Of a DNA stretch of 57,208 nucleotides, positions 1-13,023 are shown piece by piece. The translations under genes were made by a program, and so were the position numbers. This DNA is from Phoronis australis (taxonomy: Eukaryota > Animalia > Phoronida), in assembly GCA_002633005.1 (NCBI GenBank), contig NMRA01000390.1:1-57208 (forward strand), written 5' to 3'. Position 1 is the stretch's first letter; each line of letters opens with the position of its first letter. The notes beneath the pieces are model-generated. The model saw nothing but the letters and a program-made list of their open reading frames with translations, had not been told where the DNA came from and did no database searches.

Positions 1-954
1 GTGATGGAGCCCTCAGCACAATTTTGAAGCTGGCTAAGGCAAGTAATAGATGTTGGAAGTGCTTGCTGCACATATTAGTGGAAATGGACGAAAAATGTGC
101 CAATGGAGAAAAATGCAATGTTTCTGTAAGTTAATTTAAGTTGTAATAGCACCCTTCTTTTGCTTGTGTTGAGCTGACTGTAGGTATAGCCCAACTGAAT
201 TGAACAGTCTTGTTGAGAGGAATCTGATAAGAACAGTATTTGATGACGCAACTAAGCAAATTTAAAGGATTGCCTCTGCAATCAGATACCTGTTACAACA
301 ACGTTTTAATTCAGTTTGAATTGACCTCAGAAATGTAAAAAGCCAATTGATTCCTAAAATTGTATTAATGAAAAATTAAACATATTAAATTTAATGTGGC
401 AATTTCGGCTCAGAAAACATAAATACCAAGCTAAAGTGAAGGCACCAATATTTTTGAAGGCTTTAGCATGTTTAATTAACTTCATTATCGCAACAAATCA
501 TTGTTAGACAAAACATACTCCCTAGTCAGTCTCTAAAAGTAGTTCATGGGCAGAAGTCATGTTACACATTTGGTGGTTGTTATGAAAAGTTATGATGACT
601 ACCTATCTCTATGCCAATGTATACATGTTGCATAAACATCAACACATTTGAATAAGATATGATTAAGGCCCAAGTTATAAGCAATCACGGTGTGTCAACA
701 AAGTATTTTTGCATGAATGACATGCTTCTAAAAATATTCCTCAGGGTCAGACCCTGGAGTTTAGTGATTCCTACCTGAGCTCACACGAAGCAGGCCGTTG
801 AACCTTGACTTAACGTCTTTGGTCATTTTTCAGACCTCTATCAGATTTCTCCTCTAGTGTGCAGTGGATGTTCTAAGTGTCTTTGGCGACGCCAATATAT
901 CTCGAGTGTTGTAACGATGATTCGGTTAAGTGGCCTCGACGCTATGAAAATCGG

Positions 955-1143
955 CAGGTCGCATTTTGCGACCTGGCCAAAATCCCAGGTCGCATTTTCA
1001 AAATCCAGCTCGCATTCACAAATTCCAGGTCGCAAAAATTTCCCGCCATTTTTACGCGCCTTAATACATTTTTAGTCGTCAGAAAAACATGCAAATTATG
1101 CACTTACCGTAGGCGTTCAATAATAGCAAATTCTAGGTCGCTA
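955..1143. repeat. hAT subterminal repeat cluster, left end (CAGGTCGCA / CAGCTCGCA)
   Basis: About five copies plus the palindrome CAGGTCGCATTTTGCGACCTG; likely transposase-binding sites. Confidence 0.8.
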
Positions 1144-2705
1144 AATAGAGATTTTTTTACAAGCGTTTGGTGCGTTACCGTTCTTCTCGACCGACACTAA
1201 AATGCACGCACGTGCTTGCGAATTTAATCATGATATCACGAGATCGCGCTCAGGCTGTTTGTTACTATTTTTCGCACAAATTTATTAACAATGAAGTCAG
1301 GGCCGCGTGATGCGAATGTAACGAAATCATAGTGGCGGCAGGGGGTGAAAAGATCAGTGGCGACCGGAGACAGCAGATTGAAGTCTTCGAATTTTGAGAC
1401 AACCCGGAGGGGGCGAATAGTAGGAATTTCGTTACTCCTATAGCGGAGTTTGTTTACTCTCCTACCAATTTGTACATACAAAGATAATTAGTTTAAAGGC
1501 TCAGGTAAGCTTTCTCTAACAACATGAGGGGATCGCAGTCCTTTTCCAAACCGATGGAACTTATTTTTGCCGCCCGTGATGACGAGCATGTTTTTTTTTA
1601 CATTCTTGATCCCTGATTTCAAGCTCACCATGAACGTGTATTTGCTTTTTAAAATGGCCGGATTGATGTGCGCAATACTTGCGACGTCCATGCACGTCGC
1701 ATGGTTAGTACCTACGTGGGCCACTACGATTGTTTTCCTTTGTTGAGTTTTTATTAGATTTAACAATGAACGGAAGGTCGCATGGATATCTTACCTTGGG
1801 CACACTTTAGCCGGTTACCGATAGATGCTTTTCTTTATATTTATCTTAACAAATGAACAATGGATGCACCGATTCACCGATCTCTCTTGTAACCTACATT
1901 CCCAAGGGGTGTTATTCGACTGGAACCCGTTCTATTTACCTGCTTACTTCGACGCTTCCATTCCATAGCAAAAATCACCAAAGTTCAGCAAAAATATTTG
2001 TTGTTTAAGCTATTAAGATCCCGCCGTCTTTGTGCGTGCAAAAAAACACTTGATTGCCATACTTCGTCTGACAGCAATTAACTGAACACCTAATTACGAT
2101 GCATAACAGCAACAACACGAACTCTCTTTTATTTCAAAGAGTAGCCAAAACAGAACACTTAATTATTCAAGGGGACTTCGACATGTCTCGAGCGGCCTTA
2201 ACGCTAGGTTCGCATTCTGTTCCCGGCGGCCACGGCAGTCACGTACATGTAAGCTAACATAGGATGTGTACGTGAGACATCATCGGGGGAAAAGATAGGC
2301 AATCGCGTCACGCAGTGATCATCATGAATCCAAAAGTTTCAACAGCGAAATAAGTTATCAAAATCCCTCGACAAACTACATTTCCGGCAAGCTGGGCTGC
2401 CGCGGCCGTAAGGAATATAATGCAAGCGAGATATATCGATGACTAAAACAACGTTTATCTGAACTCGTCAAACTACACATTTTTATCATCAGAAATCGAT
2501 AACGTGGAAGTTGACATATCCCGACAATTGATTTGTATATCAATTTAAGTTTATTTCCAAACATAGTCTTTACATGCAACTCATCACTCGGAGAAGTCGT
2601 CACTTTTTCGCTGTCCCCAAAGCCACGAGTTAAGCAAAGTCGCTAGTATAAACCTAGCTTTAGGGCTACAGATTAAGACTACGCATTAGGGCTACGGTTG
2701 TAGTT

Positions 2706-5700
2706 TTATTCTCCGTCAGTGTCGTCTTCTGCGAATACTGTGAGAACAGCGTCGTCGACCCATTCCGTGTACGTGCACCGTCTTGGCTTCCCGGCTTCTC
2801 TCACCCACTTCTCCACTGCCGGTCGTGGGTCAAAGAGCTCCAACGTCGGACCTTCCAAGGCAATTCTAATCAGATCAGTTGTAGTGGAAGTTGACAGACT
2901 GGACCTTGTTTTGTTCTTGATTCTTCTTTGTGCTGAAAACCCCCGCTCACATTGCGCTGTTGAAACGGGCAACACCAGCATGATCTGGACCAGGTGAAGG
3001 ATATTCTGAAACAAATTACCAAAATTTTGAGTGATCAAATAGAGCATTCGTTCAGTTGTCAGCTTTCTAGGTCCGTTTGCATGACATACCTGATAATCGC
3101 GAGCGTACTGTTCATGGGTGAGTACCACTTGCCACAACTCCAGAAACTGTTGATCCCGGTATTCGGCCCGCACCAGAAACTTCAATCGCCTCCACTCGTT
3201 CAAAACCTCGCTACTGTCACATCCGTTTCTGTAATCAAAAGCAAAATACGCAATGCTCATTTCTTATACGTACCGACATCAACGCAAGGGAAAAAAAAGT
3301 GTTTGGTTGGTCACGACAAATTTTCCAGTATTACTAACGACACCGCTGAGACTGTTGTTTTTATCCACGTTTAACCCGATATAAAACAATCAAGAAATTG
3401 AAATTTGCGATTCACATTGCTTTACATTTGCTCCTTGATAAAGGTACAAGGAACTCTTAATTCATGTGTGATTTTAACGTGAGTCGAACTGTTACCTTAC
3501 TAGCGTGTCCTGGTAATGACGGAGTAAAACCTTGATATCATCGACACCAAAAGCGGAGAGATCTCCGAGTGACTGGGGCCACTTTGTGTGGTCGAAGACT
3601 AAAAATGACCTCAAAACCTGCGCTCTGGGCTGCTTGTCGTCACCAATTAAGTTGCTGAAGCGTCTGTCAAGCTCGTTTACTGTGGTCTCCACCGTTGAGA
3701 TTACTTGTCGACGAACTACTCCTTGCGCTGCTGCGTTCCCTACTGTGTCCACGTCACTTTTAAAGGCAATGCCTTGGAAGTTGAACTGTTAATAAAGTCA
3801 GATACATTATAGTTATTTCGTTAGTCATACATTGTGTACTCTGAGCCTGTCCGACATGATTATAAAAATCATGTGAAAAGGGCATGGCTTACACATTAAA
3901 TCTATATTTAAATCATTAGCTTTCCATGTTTAAAAGCATTACCACGTGATCTTCGTCTATAGTATGCTGCTGAAGACGTTCCAGGGCACCTCCAGGGAGC
4001 GGAGTGGTCTTGAGACTTTCAACGGACATACGGCAAACCCGCAGTGCAGCAACAGCAACAGGCAGCGTGGTGGTGTTTGCTTGTAGTTTCAAGCTCAATT
4101 CAGTTAAGAGTTGAAACACGTCCAGCAAGAAGTGTAAAAACACTAGCAGATCGAAGTTTTCCATATCTTTCACTACCTGAATGTCAATAACAGAGCTTAT
4201 AAACGCACTATTGCGTCTCCTATATTGCGTGCGTTCGAACATTTCAATTGTAAAACTGACTAATAAAAATACATGGCGTGATCTTTTAACACAGTCTATA
4301 ACGAAATTATTTACCATTGACAGATTGCATTTACCTTCCTACATCGCCCCGACACGCTTGCATCCTTGGACGTGGATGAAACATGTCCCATGTGGGCATG
4401 TATCGCTGCATACTGTGAAGGTAATGCTGAATCACCGTACTGGTCAGATTTCAGCAACACTGCTAGAGCGCGGTGCACGTGTGGTGCCCACCGTGTTCCC
4501 TTCACGTTTCCTATTATTAGTGTTTTGGCATCAAGTTGCTCACCGATCTCCTGAAATAGATGAAACTTTGAGGAAGTTAAATTCACAGAACTTGTATGGA
4601 AGATTGTGGGATGTTTAGTAATTTTGATTTTGAAAACGTCACATCATGTTTACCTTTAACTCACGTCTACTTTTGGGGCTGTAATGGTAAGTCTTCCATA
4701 TAGAGTAGAGCATATCGTATGCCAAAGTGACGAAAGGCACATGGCGCTGCGATAAGAGCAAGGACAACTCGAGTCTGAAATAAGAAAAGCACGTCGATCA
4801 TTTAATAACAGTAACGTATAATTGTATAAAGACAAACTTTGTAACATTTATACCTGTTATTTCTTACCTGTGCGCCATGCAGTGAAAGGTGATGAGGTGC
4901 GAGACCTCTAGCTGTAGAAGTGCACCGATACCACCTTTAACACCGATATTAACTGCAGCTCCGTCAGCGGCAAAATGAGTAAGTTTCTGCTTCCACTCTG
5001 GATCAAACTGGAAGGATCGTTCTATGCAGGCCTTTAGTCCTACAAAATGCAATAATAGATACATGTACATAAGTGTGAGTCACGACACTGTAGTTTTTGT
5101 CATTTAGGCAAAGGTTGTTCCAAAGGCAACATTAAGGCGATTCTTAAAATTCTTAAAATCCGTGTTTCATTAATTGTACCTTCAGCGTGGCTGTGTTCTG
5201 TTTCTTCTTGAGATACCAGTTTAGTTACCACAACACCGTCAAGGATGTACCTCGCGTAAACCATCATACACTCTTTTACACTGACGTCAGTGTCGCAGTC
5301 CACTAAAATACCAATGTATTTGCTGTTTCTGATCTCACTCCGTATTTCGTCTGCGAGAACGTCTGCTATGGTCGCTACAATTTCAGCACATCTCTTGTCG
5401 TTGTTGTAAGAAGCTGATATTTGCTCTCCATTCTTTTTTGCCAGCACACATAAAGCGTTCATGTTCGTAAATGGCATTTCCTGCTTTGCTATGCAATAAG
5501 CAATGTTAAACTTGGCGCATAAATCTTTTTTCGTTTGCTCATCCATGTGAGACGCCATCTTCTGAAAACTTTCGGTGATGGGTAACGTTAGTGTTTTCCC
5601 TTTCTTGTCTTTTGATGTCTGGAGGCAAGCTATGTGGGACGCAGACATGTCATGTGCGGCTAATGTCTCTTTCTTAGTGGGTTTACATCCAGCCACCAAC

Positions 5701-7046
5701 GAACTGCGCTTGGCTCTAAGTGGGTGGTTCCTGCATACACCGCAAAACATTAGCCCGGTGTCGTTATCAACTTGCAACCAAGAATACGTGTTGAACCATT
5801 GTTTATTTTTTATCTGCAGAGAAGTTCGTTTTGGTTCCGCGCTTTGGGATCGTTTCGGTTGAACGTTTGTAGATGTTGATGCTTTAGGTTTATGATCCTT
5901 ATCTGTTTTGATTTCTGGAAAAGTAAATGCTGAATCTGCGCTTTGATATGCCTTCGCTTGGACGTATGTGGATTCTGTTGCTTTGCGTTTACGAGTCACG
6001 TCATCTGGATAAACGACCAATGGAACAAAGTGGTTTGGTTGGAACACGGAATTTGGTGCCGAATCCAAACTCCCGTCACGCGTCCACATAATATACAGAG
6101 GCGAGTTACAGGACATTGTCGTCCGTGGTTCCACTCGACCGTGAAGCAATCCGCGCACTAGATCACACTTGTCCATGGCAGGATACACGGAGAACACAGG
6201 TCGCTCCAAGACGGATGACAAAGCCATGATGTGGACAAAACTGCTCCAGTTCTTGTCTGTTAGAGTAAGGCTTGCCTCGCTCTTTATTTTATCCACCGGT
6301 GCCTCCCCTGAAACGTTTTGAGAAAGGGACATGTTTAGGAATGTCAATTCGCTAAAAGAATTTGGGAGACTTGCGGCAGACTGTATTCTTCTGTGGTTTG
6401 CATAGAACTCCGGGTGTTCGTGTAATTCGGCCGCCGTTAGAGAACGCAACGCCTTAGAGAGCTTGTAGTCTTGGCCATAGGCCATAGAAACTGCATTATA
6501 CAAACAGTTACCGTCTCCTAAAGTCTTGACGGGTTTCAGGTTCGCCGGTATGTCACCTGGCAGTAGTGCATAGGACAAGGAGTCGACCTCAAGTTGTCCC
6601 TGAGAACATGGGATGGACAATAATGACTTGACGGACCGGGTTAGTTCTTGGCACGCCTCTGCCACACCGGAGTTACTGTGTATCGCTCCATCTACAATTG
6701 CACAATAAAGTTATGTGATTAAATAATTTTCATAATTTGGAAAAATGGGAAACCAAAATTGTTCCGCCCTTTTCCGTGCGCCACCTAAAAAAAGAAGAAA
6801 AGGCGAAGTTCTCTCGTTGAACGGTCTAAGATGCCTTAAGCAAGCAATGTCAAGTGACTGATTATTCGAACAGTGAACAGCCTGACTTAATGTTCTCGTA
6901 TGATGCTTCAAAAAAACATGGTTAAGTAAAATTTTGCCAATGTTGTTTCTTAGTTAACAGTTGTAAAAAGGAAACTGCAGTTGCTTTACTCAGTATGCTA
7001 TATCATTTATTGTTTACTTACTGAGAGTTTGTATTAACTGGTCCAT
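2706..7046 (-). CDS. OTU (vertnin-like) + zinc finger + hAT (ZNF862-like) transposase, ~1030 aa, 8 coding exons
   Basis: GT-AG exons 7046-7022, 6691-5180, 5039-4868, 4774-4654, 4550-4335, 4176-3943, 3785-3496, 3228-2706 join phase-compatibly (3093 nt) with no internal stop; start acaATGg (MDQLIQTLN...). Motifs: LGDGNCLYNAVS...NHFVPLV (OTU), WLQ..MFCGVC..HDMSASH (Zn finger), ILVDCDTD, FAADGAAVN, HCMAHRLEL, GTRW, LPVSTAQCERGFS (hAT catalytic core and dimerisation domain). Confidence 0.9.
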
Positions 7047-7198
7047 TGTCTGGTTACAGTTAAATGCTCGATCTGAAATATTGGAACGAAAAAAATATGA
7101 CAAACGGTTATAACAGCGAATCTTTCTTAATTTTTAGCAATCGAACTGGCCTTCATTTCTAAATTAGGGTCAGCGCTTGCAAGTAACTAGCAGTGCAT

Positions 7199-7708
7199 TC
7201 CTTCAAAGATTATATGCTTGCCAGTGGCCAGTATCGGTCACCCTGTACCCCTGGGTCAAAACGGATGAACGTCTGAGAAATGATAACAACACCAGTTGAT
7301 TATCGATCTTTAGAACAATGCTGCGTTTCCATTATCTGTTTAGAGCTTAACTTTTTTAAAACTCGAGAAAAGCACGTAGCAGCCAATGTCACGTTTCCTC
7401 GCACTGACTAAGTGACTCATTTGCCTATGAAATTGACGGTGAACTTCTTAACACGTTTCTTATGACAATGACGTGGAAACTGGATCATCAAATAATTCAA
7501 ACAATGCAATTTAAGAATTATTTAATCGCATAGTTACGAAAATTTCGCCGGAAACAAATTAAAATTACAACATCACTTTAAATATTTCCAGACCAACGCC
7601 TTATGCCAAAGCAGTGAAGAAACTGGTTTGATAATATTTGTGAGTCAAAATCAACCTCAGTCACTCCTTCAAAGATTGTATGCTTGCCAGTAGCCAGTAT
7701 CTGTCACC
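7199..7708. repeat. 44-bp direct repeat pair inside the hAT 5' region (7199-7242, 7665-7708)
   Basis: TCCTTCAAAGATT(A/G)TATGCTTGCCAGT(G/A)GCCAGTATC(G/T)GTCACC occurs twice. Confidence 0.8.
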
Positions 7709-7866
7709 AGTGATCCTAATTAGTCTATGTTCCCCTAGTTTGAACAGCAGCCGGCTTGGGAGGGGCTACACGAACGTGCGAACTAAGTTTTTAATACGTT
7801 ATTTGCATGCCATCAATAAAAAGTACACAACAGAGTTACATTCAGAAAAACAACTAAAAACGTTAC

Positions 7867-8075
7867 CTTAAAGATCGTTCTTGAATCTCGCAAGCTAGAA
7901 AGCGAGGCGGAAGTGAAAGTTTGCCACCTTGTTCAGTTCGTTGAAGTAGTTGCAATAGGCAACTGACCACTAATTGGCTTGTTAAAATGGACTGAACAAT
8001 AACCAGCAAGAATCTCTTGGCACTGAAATGATTTAAAGCAAAGATAAGCACTGGATTTTGTTTCGCAATAGCCAT
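7867..8075 (-). other. Probable 5'-UTR exon of the transposase transcript
   Basis: attag| acceptor and AAG|gtaacg donor upstream of the ATG-containing micro-exon (7072-7022); another donor CAG|gtaaga at 8326. Confidence 0.4.
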
Positions 8076-9785
8076 CTAATATTTCGCGTACGCTTGTCAC
8101 ATCAGTATTTCAATTAAAGAGTTACGATTACGATTACGCATTAATCACTGTGCTAGTGGGCTTTCGCTTCCACTTGTCTTTTACAAAAGAAAGAATCGAC
8201 AGATGATCACTACAAGTTGGGGCTACCACTTCAGTTTTTTATAACGTCATTTTTTGTATTATTTTTTTATCGTCCTAAACATCGTGCGCAAGTTATTATT
8301 ACGATTCATTTTTTAGTTGTCTTACCTGACAATCGCGTGCAAGTTTCCTGCTACTCCTCATGTTGTTGCGTCAGATAGTCGAGGTGAACCATCCCTTGAG
8401 AGACCATACGTTCGTTGTCCAGCACGTCATTGTCGGATGTCACATGGCGGCAACCAAAATTTTTAAAGGACTTTGCGGTCGTCGTAAAGTCTCTTTATAA
8501 CGGCATGCGCCTTTTTTTCTTTTTTCGTTGTGTGTCAAAGGGGGACAAGGGGAGGCTTGGAATCTCTGCCAGGCTTCTCCTAAAATCGCCCGTATGCCTG
8601 CGCGCGCAGTACGAGACAACCCATGCAATTGTTCCAAATCAGTTATACTTCATTATAACATTTTTTTGTGTGAAAAGTTATCACCTGGACTTTTATTAAA
8701 AGTTGTATTTGGCAACAGCTTAGTTCAATCGCCGGCTGCACATTCCACTATGATCCAGGCCATCACACTACCACACGCGGCGACTGACCATAAAATGCTT
8801 CTCTAAATGATTTATTGGGATTCTGACGGAAGAGTTATTTTTTCAGTTTAAAAACGACGCATTGTTGCAACATAAAAATATACGCGCTCGTACAACGGAA
8901 AAGAGAATAAATGAAATATTTAACCACCTAACGCGGCCTGTGAACGATTGAAAACCAACATCTTCTGAGAAAATGAGTCAATTCTAGTGTAGTCTCTCGG
9001 TTAGTTGGGGGAGTTGGCGGATGAAAACGCGATTCGTGCATGCATGGTGACTGCAATTACGTAAAATAAGTAAAATTAGACTGCAATCGCGGCAAGGTCA
9101 ACTTGACGGTAGTTTCTGAACAACAAAAAAGCCGTTTAACGAACGACAGAGATGTTGCTTCGCGAACAGCAAAGATGTCGTTGCAGGGTTCAGGAATGTG
9201 GAAGCCCTTCTCTCCGTTGTTGATTGACACTGCCAGTGTTCGTGGGAGACTCTCGCCAAGTAGACTGAAACCCTGATATCCTATGTTAATTTGCCACTCT
9301 CGTCACAGAAAAAAGACTACATGAAATTGTCTTTTATTTTGACAGCTCTTATTTCTAGGAATCAATAAAGACAAAGGCTTGAAATGCAGATTGTATATTT
9401 TTAGCACATGATCACACCATATTAACATAACTGTGCTGAGGTAGGCTTACTTCGGCGTATCCGGAAATTTGCAAACGTAACCGAAAATACTAGCCAATGA
9501 AACGCGTCAATGATCGATTCTGCAATTATCCCATGTTCACGCCACAGGCGCTCGAATTTCCCGATGACTCCTAACCACAGTACTCCAAGTAGTGAGTGAC
9601 GTCAGTCGCGATCGAGGAACAGATAAACTCAAGCGCCTGTGGTTCACGCGACATGTTGACAAGTAATCGAGAGTGATCAAGACGACTGTTCACTGTTAGT
9701 ATTCTTTTGAAATTTGGCGACTGTTGTTCACAAAATAAAGTTTGCAATTACGTTTTTACCAGTTTTGCTGAGAAGTGAAAAAATT

Positions 9786-9889
9786 GAGCTCGCATATGTC
9801 GGAAATCCCAGGTCGCATTTTGCGACTTGAGACGAGTTGGCCAAAATCTCAGCTCGCATTTCCGAATTTCAGGTCGCAAATGCGACCTG
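9786..9889. repeat. hAT subterminal repeat cluster, right end
   Basis: Same CAG(G/C)TCGCA motif repeated, plus palindrome CAGGTCGCAAATGCGACCTG next to the terminal repeat. Confidence 0.8.
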
Positions 9890-11909
9890 CAGCTCGTTAT
9901 GTCGAGCCCTGGTTAAGTGAATCTAATACGGTAGATAATGTAGCTCCTGCACACCTGCCTCCGAGGCAGACACTGACAGACTACTTCTCAGGAGGACACG
10001 TTCCACCTCCACATCAGCTCCACGTACTCTTATAAGGTGCTCAAATGTCTCGCTCTATACCTTGTGCATTTCCCAAGAGTTTCCAAAGTTGTCTCTCACC
10101 GCAATTTGTAGAAATACCACATTCGATGCGACTGGCAGTGCCACATAAATAAATAAATTCGCAAACCCACACTTTAGGTCAGCCATCATTCAACTAACGC
10201 ATTGTAAGCTTTAGTTTGGTATTCAGACGAATGAACAAATTTAGTATAATTTCATATTTTATTGGGAAATTCTAGTGTCCTTAAAATTAATTAAAAACAT
10301 TTAAGCAAACCAATTGCTTTAATTGTTGTATTATTACACGGTATATTAATGCGTAGAAACGGCGCACAACTAGTGACTGGTTTATCATGACAAATACACA
10401 TACGCGGTCTGAAAATAGTGAAATTCAGACACCTATTACCAAGCCTGCCTGAAGGGCTGACAAAGTTTTTATTGTATTAATTTCAAGGGCATGGAGTCTT
10501 CTACATGTCCATGTTATTATTTTTAGTTTTCTCGCGGGGGCAGCTTCACTATAAGGGTACAGCTTACTGCTGGTTTTTCACAAGACGGAAACGTACCTCC
10601 ACGGAAACAGTTCCAGTGTTACCATGGTAACCGATATTGCAGTGTCGGTGCCGTTTTTACTGTTATTGGTCATGAAACTATCATGTGATATCAAAATTGT
10701 TCAGAAACGATTCTGTTTGAAGCAGAAACTGGAGTAGAAATTTTGGTCAAAAATGACTCATTCCACACCAAGAAATTGCCTCATTTTGCACCCCAGAACA
10801 CTTCCCTTGTATCTCCTAAACCACCAAACTTTGTGGTGTCATACTTCACCCATTTTCTCCCATCCCTAATGTGATTTATCAGACTAAACATGGATCTGAA
10901 TGGCTGACCCCCCACCTTGCCGCTTGTTGGCTGTACAGTGGTCGGTGGATCGGTGGACTGACACTTAATCACCCTTTTGATCTCACTTTACCTTAAGATA
11001 ACATCTGTCAAACTCAAGCTAATAACGGACCCTGTTTTGGCTGTAAAACAGTTGATCTGAATAAGTTCATGTTCCCCAAAAACATGGCAAAGATTCCCGG
11101 GGTCTTTTCCACAGAATGCACAGAGTGGTGAGTTAACCATACCTATTTTATATAAAAATTTATTAAGAGCTCTGTAAGTAAGTCTAATTTAGAATCATTT
11201 ATTCAAGACCACAATGTTTAAGTTTGAAAGGACTGTCAACACTTGAAGAATACTAAATAGACCACGCTATAGAGATTCAAAGTTGAAACAATGGATGCAA
11301 AACAAATGTAAGAACGGCTGGTGAGAATGGGAGAAAAATTATCAAGTCTGTTCAGCAAATAATTAAACAAGAAATGCTGGAAATCAACACTGAGTTAGAA
11401 AAGATCAAAAAAGAAAAAAAAGTACTCTAGGAAGAGATTAGTAAACTAAATCAATACTCACGGAGAAACAGCATAAGAACACATGGAGTGAAACAAGACA
11501 AAAAGAATAGTTTGGAAGTGGCAACAGACTTTGTAGAGAAAGCATTGAATATCAAGATTGACCCATCGCTGACTGATAGAGCCCACCGGTCACTACATAT
11601 TGGACGACCTAACTTCAGACAACTACCAAATTCCTAATACGGCTTGTAATGACACAAGAGTTCTATCCAGTTGGTCCAGTGGTGCAACGAAAGTTATCTT
11701 GCGTGATGTCGGAATTACGCACATGGTTGACGACTTTTGAACTTCTATACAATTGAAGAACGAAGACGGACATGAACTTCAAGGGCATTTTACGTTTTGT
11801 TTTGTAGTTACATTGTATAAAAGTGTGAGTGCATGTGTCAATTACTGGTGCAGTGTATACATGAATTGTTATAATTAGTTTTGGAAATATCATAGTGTTT
11901 TACTTCAGC

Positions 11910-12176
11910 TTGTACTATCAAGTAGATAAGGGTTTCTTGTTAGATAATGGTTAAATTAAACTGTATTACCTTAAATTGTACTGTCAAGTAGATAAGGGTT
12001 TCCTGTTAGATAATGGTTAAATTAAACTGTATTACATTAAATAGTACTGTCAAGTAGAGAAGGGTTTCTTGTTAGATAATGGTTAAGTTAAACTGTATTA
12101 CCTTAAATTGTACTATCAAGTAGATAAGGGTTCCTTGTTAGATGATGGTTAAATTAAACTGTATTACCTTAAATTG
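11910..12176 (+). repeat. 4 x 66-bp tandem repeat overlapping the LINE ORF2 start
   Basis: Units start at 11910, 11976, 12042 and 12108; each contains ATGGTTAA(A/G)TTAAACTGTATTAC. Confidence 0.92.
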
Positions 12177-12969
12177 CAGGGGTTGAACAATCAAACAAAG
12201 AATCATCCACTGTTTGACTTCTTAAAAACAAAAAGATTGATGTAGCCTTCTTACAGGAAACCTGTAGTTTGGATGTGTCTTTATCTAAATGGTGTTTAGA
12301 ATGGGATGGTTACATTTTTGCTTCTCATAGTTCCCACATAGTAGGGGAGTTGCTATCCTCTGCTCCAGAGCCATAGATTTTAAATATATTGGCCAAGATC
12401 CAGCTGGTAAATATGTGTATGTGGAGGCCATTGTACACAATATCATAATTATTTTTCTTAAATATTTACTGTCCGAACGAAAATGTTGCTCAATTATCTT
12501 TTCTAGATCAAATAGATTCAGTTTTATCCAAATATGGAACAAGTAAAAATATCTTCTGTGCAGAGGATTTTAACTGTCCCTTGAAAACAAACAGGGTCTG
12601 AGGGGCACAAGCTCCAAGCAAGTTGTTATAGCCCGTACATGTATAAGTAGTTTATCTAAAAAGTATACTGTTTTTGACGTTCGGAGGTATCAACATCCTG
12701 GGAAGAAACAATTTACATGGCATGATAAGTATTTTAATTCCTTAAGTAGAATTGGTTACTGACTTCGTTGTTCCAAGTTTTTAAGGACCACATTAAAAGT
12801 GGTATTCTTAACTATTTTATATATTTTGACCATGCTGCTGTTTAAATCGCAATTACATTAAATGATCTTTGTGTCAGAGGCCCTGTTTTTTGGAAACTTG
12901 ATATCAGCCTTTTAGAAAATGATGTCTATGTATAGAATTTGAAAGAAGTTATTACAAAACTGGTGGAGG

Positions 12970-13023
12970 AATATGTAGACTTAGCCAATATGTAGACTTA
13001 ACCAATATGTAGACTTAACCAAT
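12970..13023. repeat. 3 x 17-bp tandem repeat
   Basis: AATATGTAGACTTA(G/A)CC x3. Confidence 0.9.

Larger units (their letters stand above)
933..9911 (-). mobile_element. hAT-superfamily DNA transposon (~9.0 kb) with intact transposase gene
   Basis: 8-bp duplication GTTAAGTG at 925-932 and 9912-9919. Right end GTCGAGCCCTG (rc CAGGGCTCGAC); left end GCCTCGAC lacks the terminal CAG. Clustered CAG(G/C)TCGCA subterminal repeats at both ends; internal spliced hAT transposase. Confidence 0.92.
830..10157 (+). mobile_element. Old CR1/L2-type LINE 3' remnant, split by the hAT insertion (only ~830-932 and 9920-10157 belong to it)
   Basis: Rejoining the flanks gives frameshifted traces of RT C-terminal motifs (RPLSDFSSSV.W; LE.V.R*F.K*I; YKVLKCLALYL), ending in AAATAAATAAA. 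Confidence 0.35.

Noticed and set aside
1-125. Open plus-strand frame ending at a gtaagt donor
   Set aside because: Truncated by the window edge, with no recognisable homology or downstream partner exon.
742-756. CAGGGTCAGACCCTG mini-palindrome as the true hAT left end or a footprint
   Set aside because: No matching TSD; the GTTAAGTG duplication and subterminal repeats place the end at 933.
775-10110. Minus-strand reading across the hAT flanks (..VSASEAGVQEL..) resembling a later ECT2L exon
   Set aside because: Multiple stops and only a short motif match; the plus strand is better explained as a CR1/L2 RT relic.
10781-10972. 63-aa minus-strand ORF as ECT2L exon 5
   Set aside because: No convincing splice sites or similarity to ECT2L.
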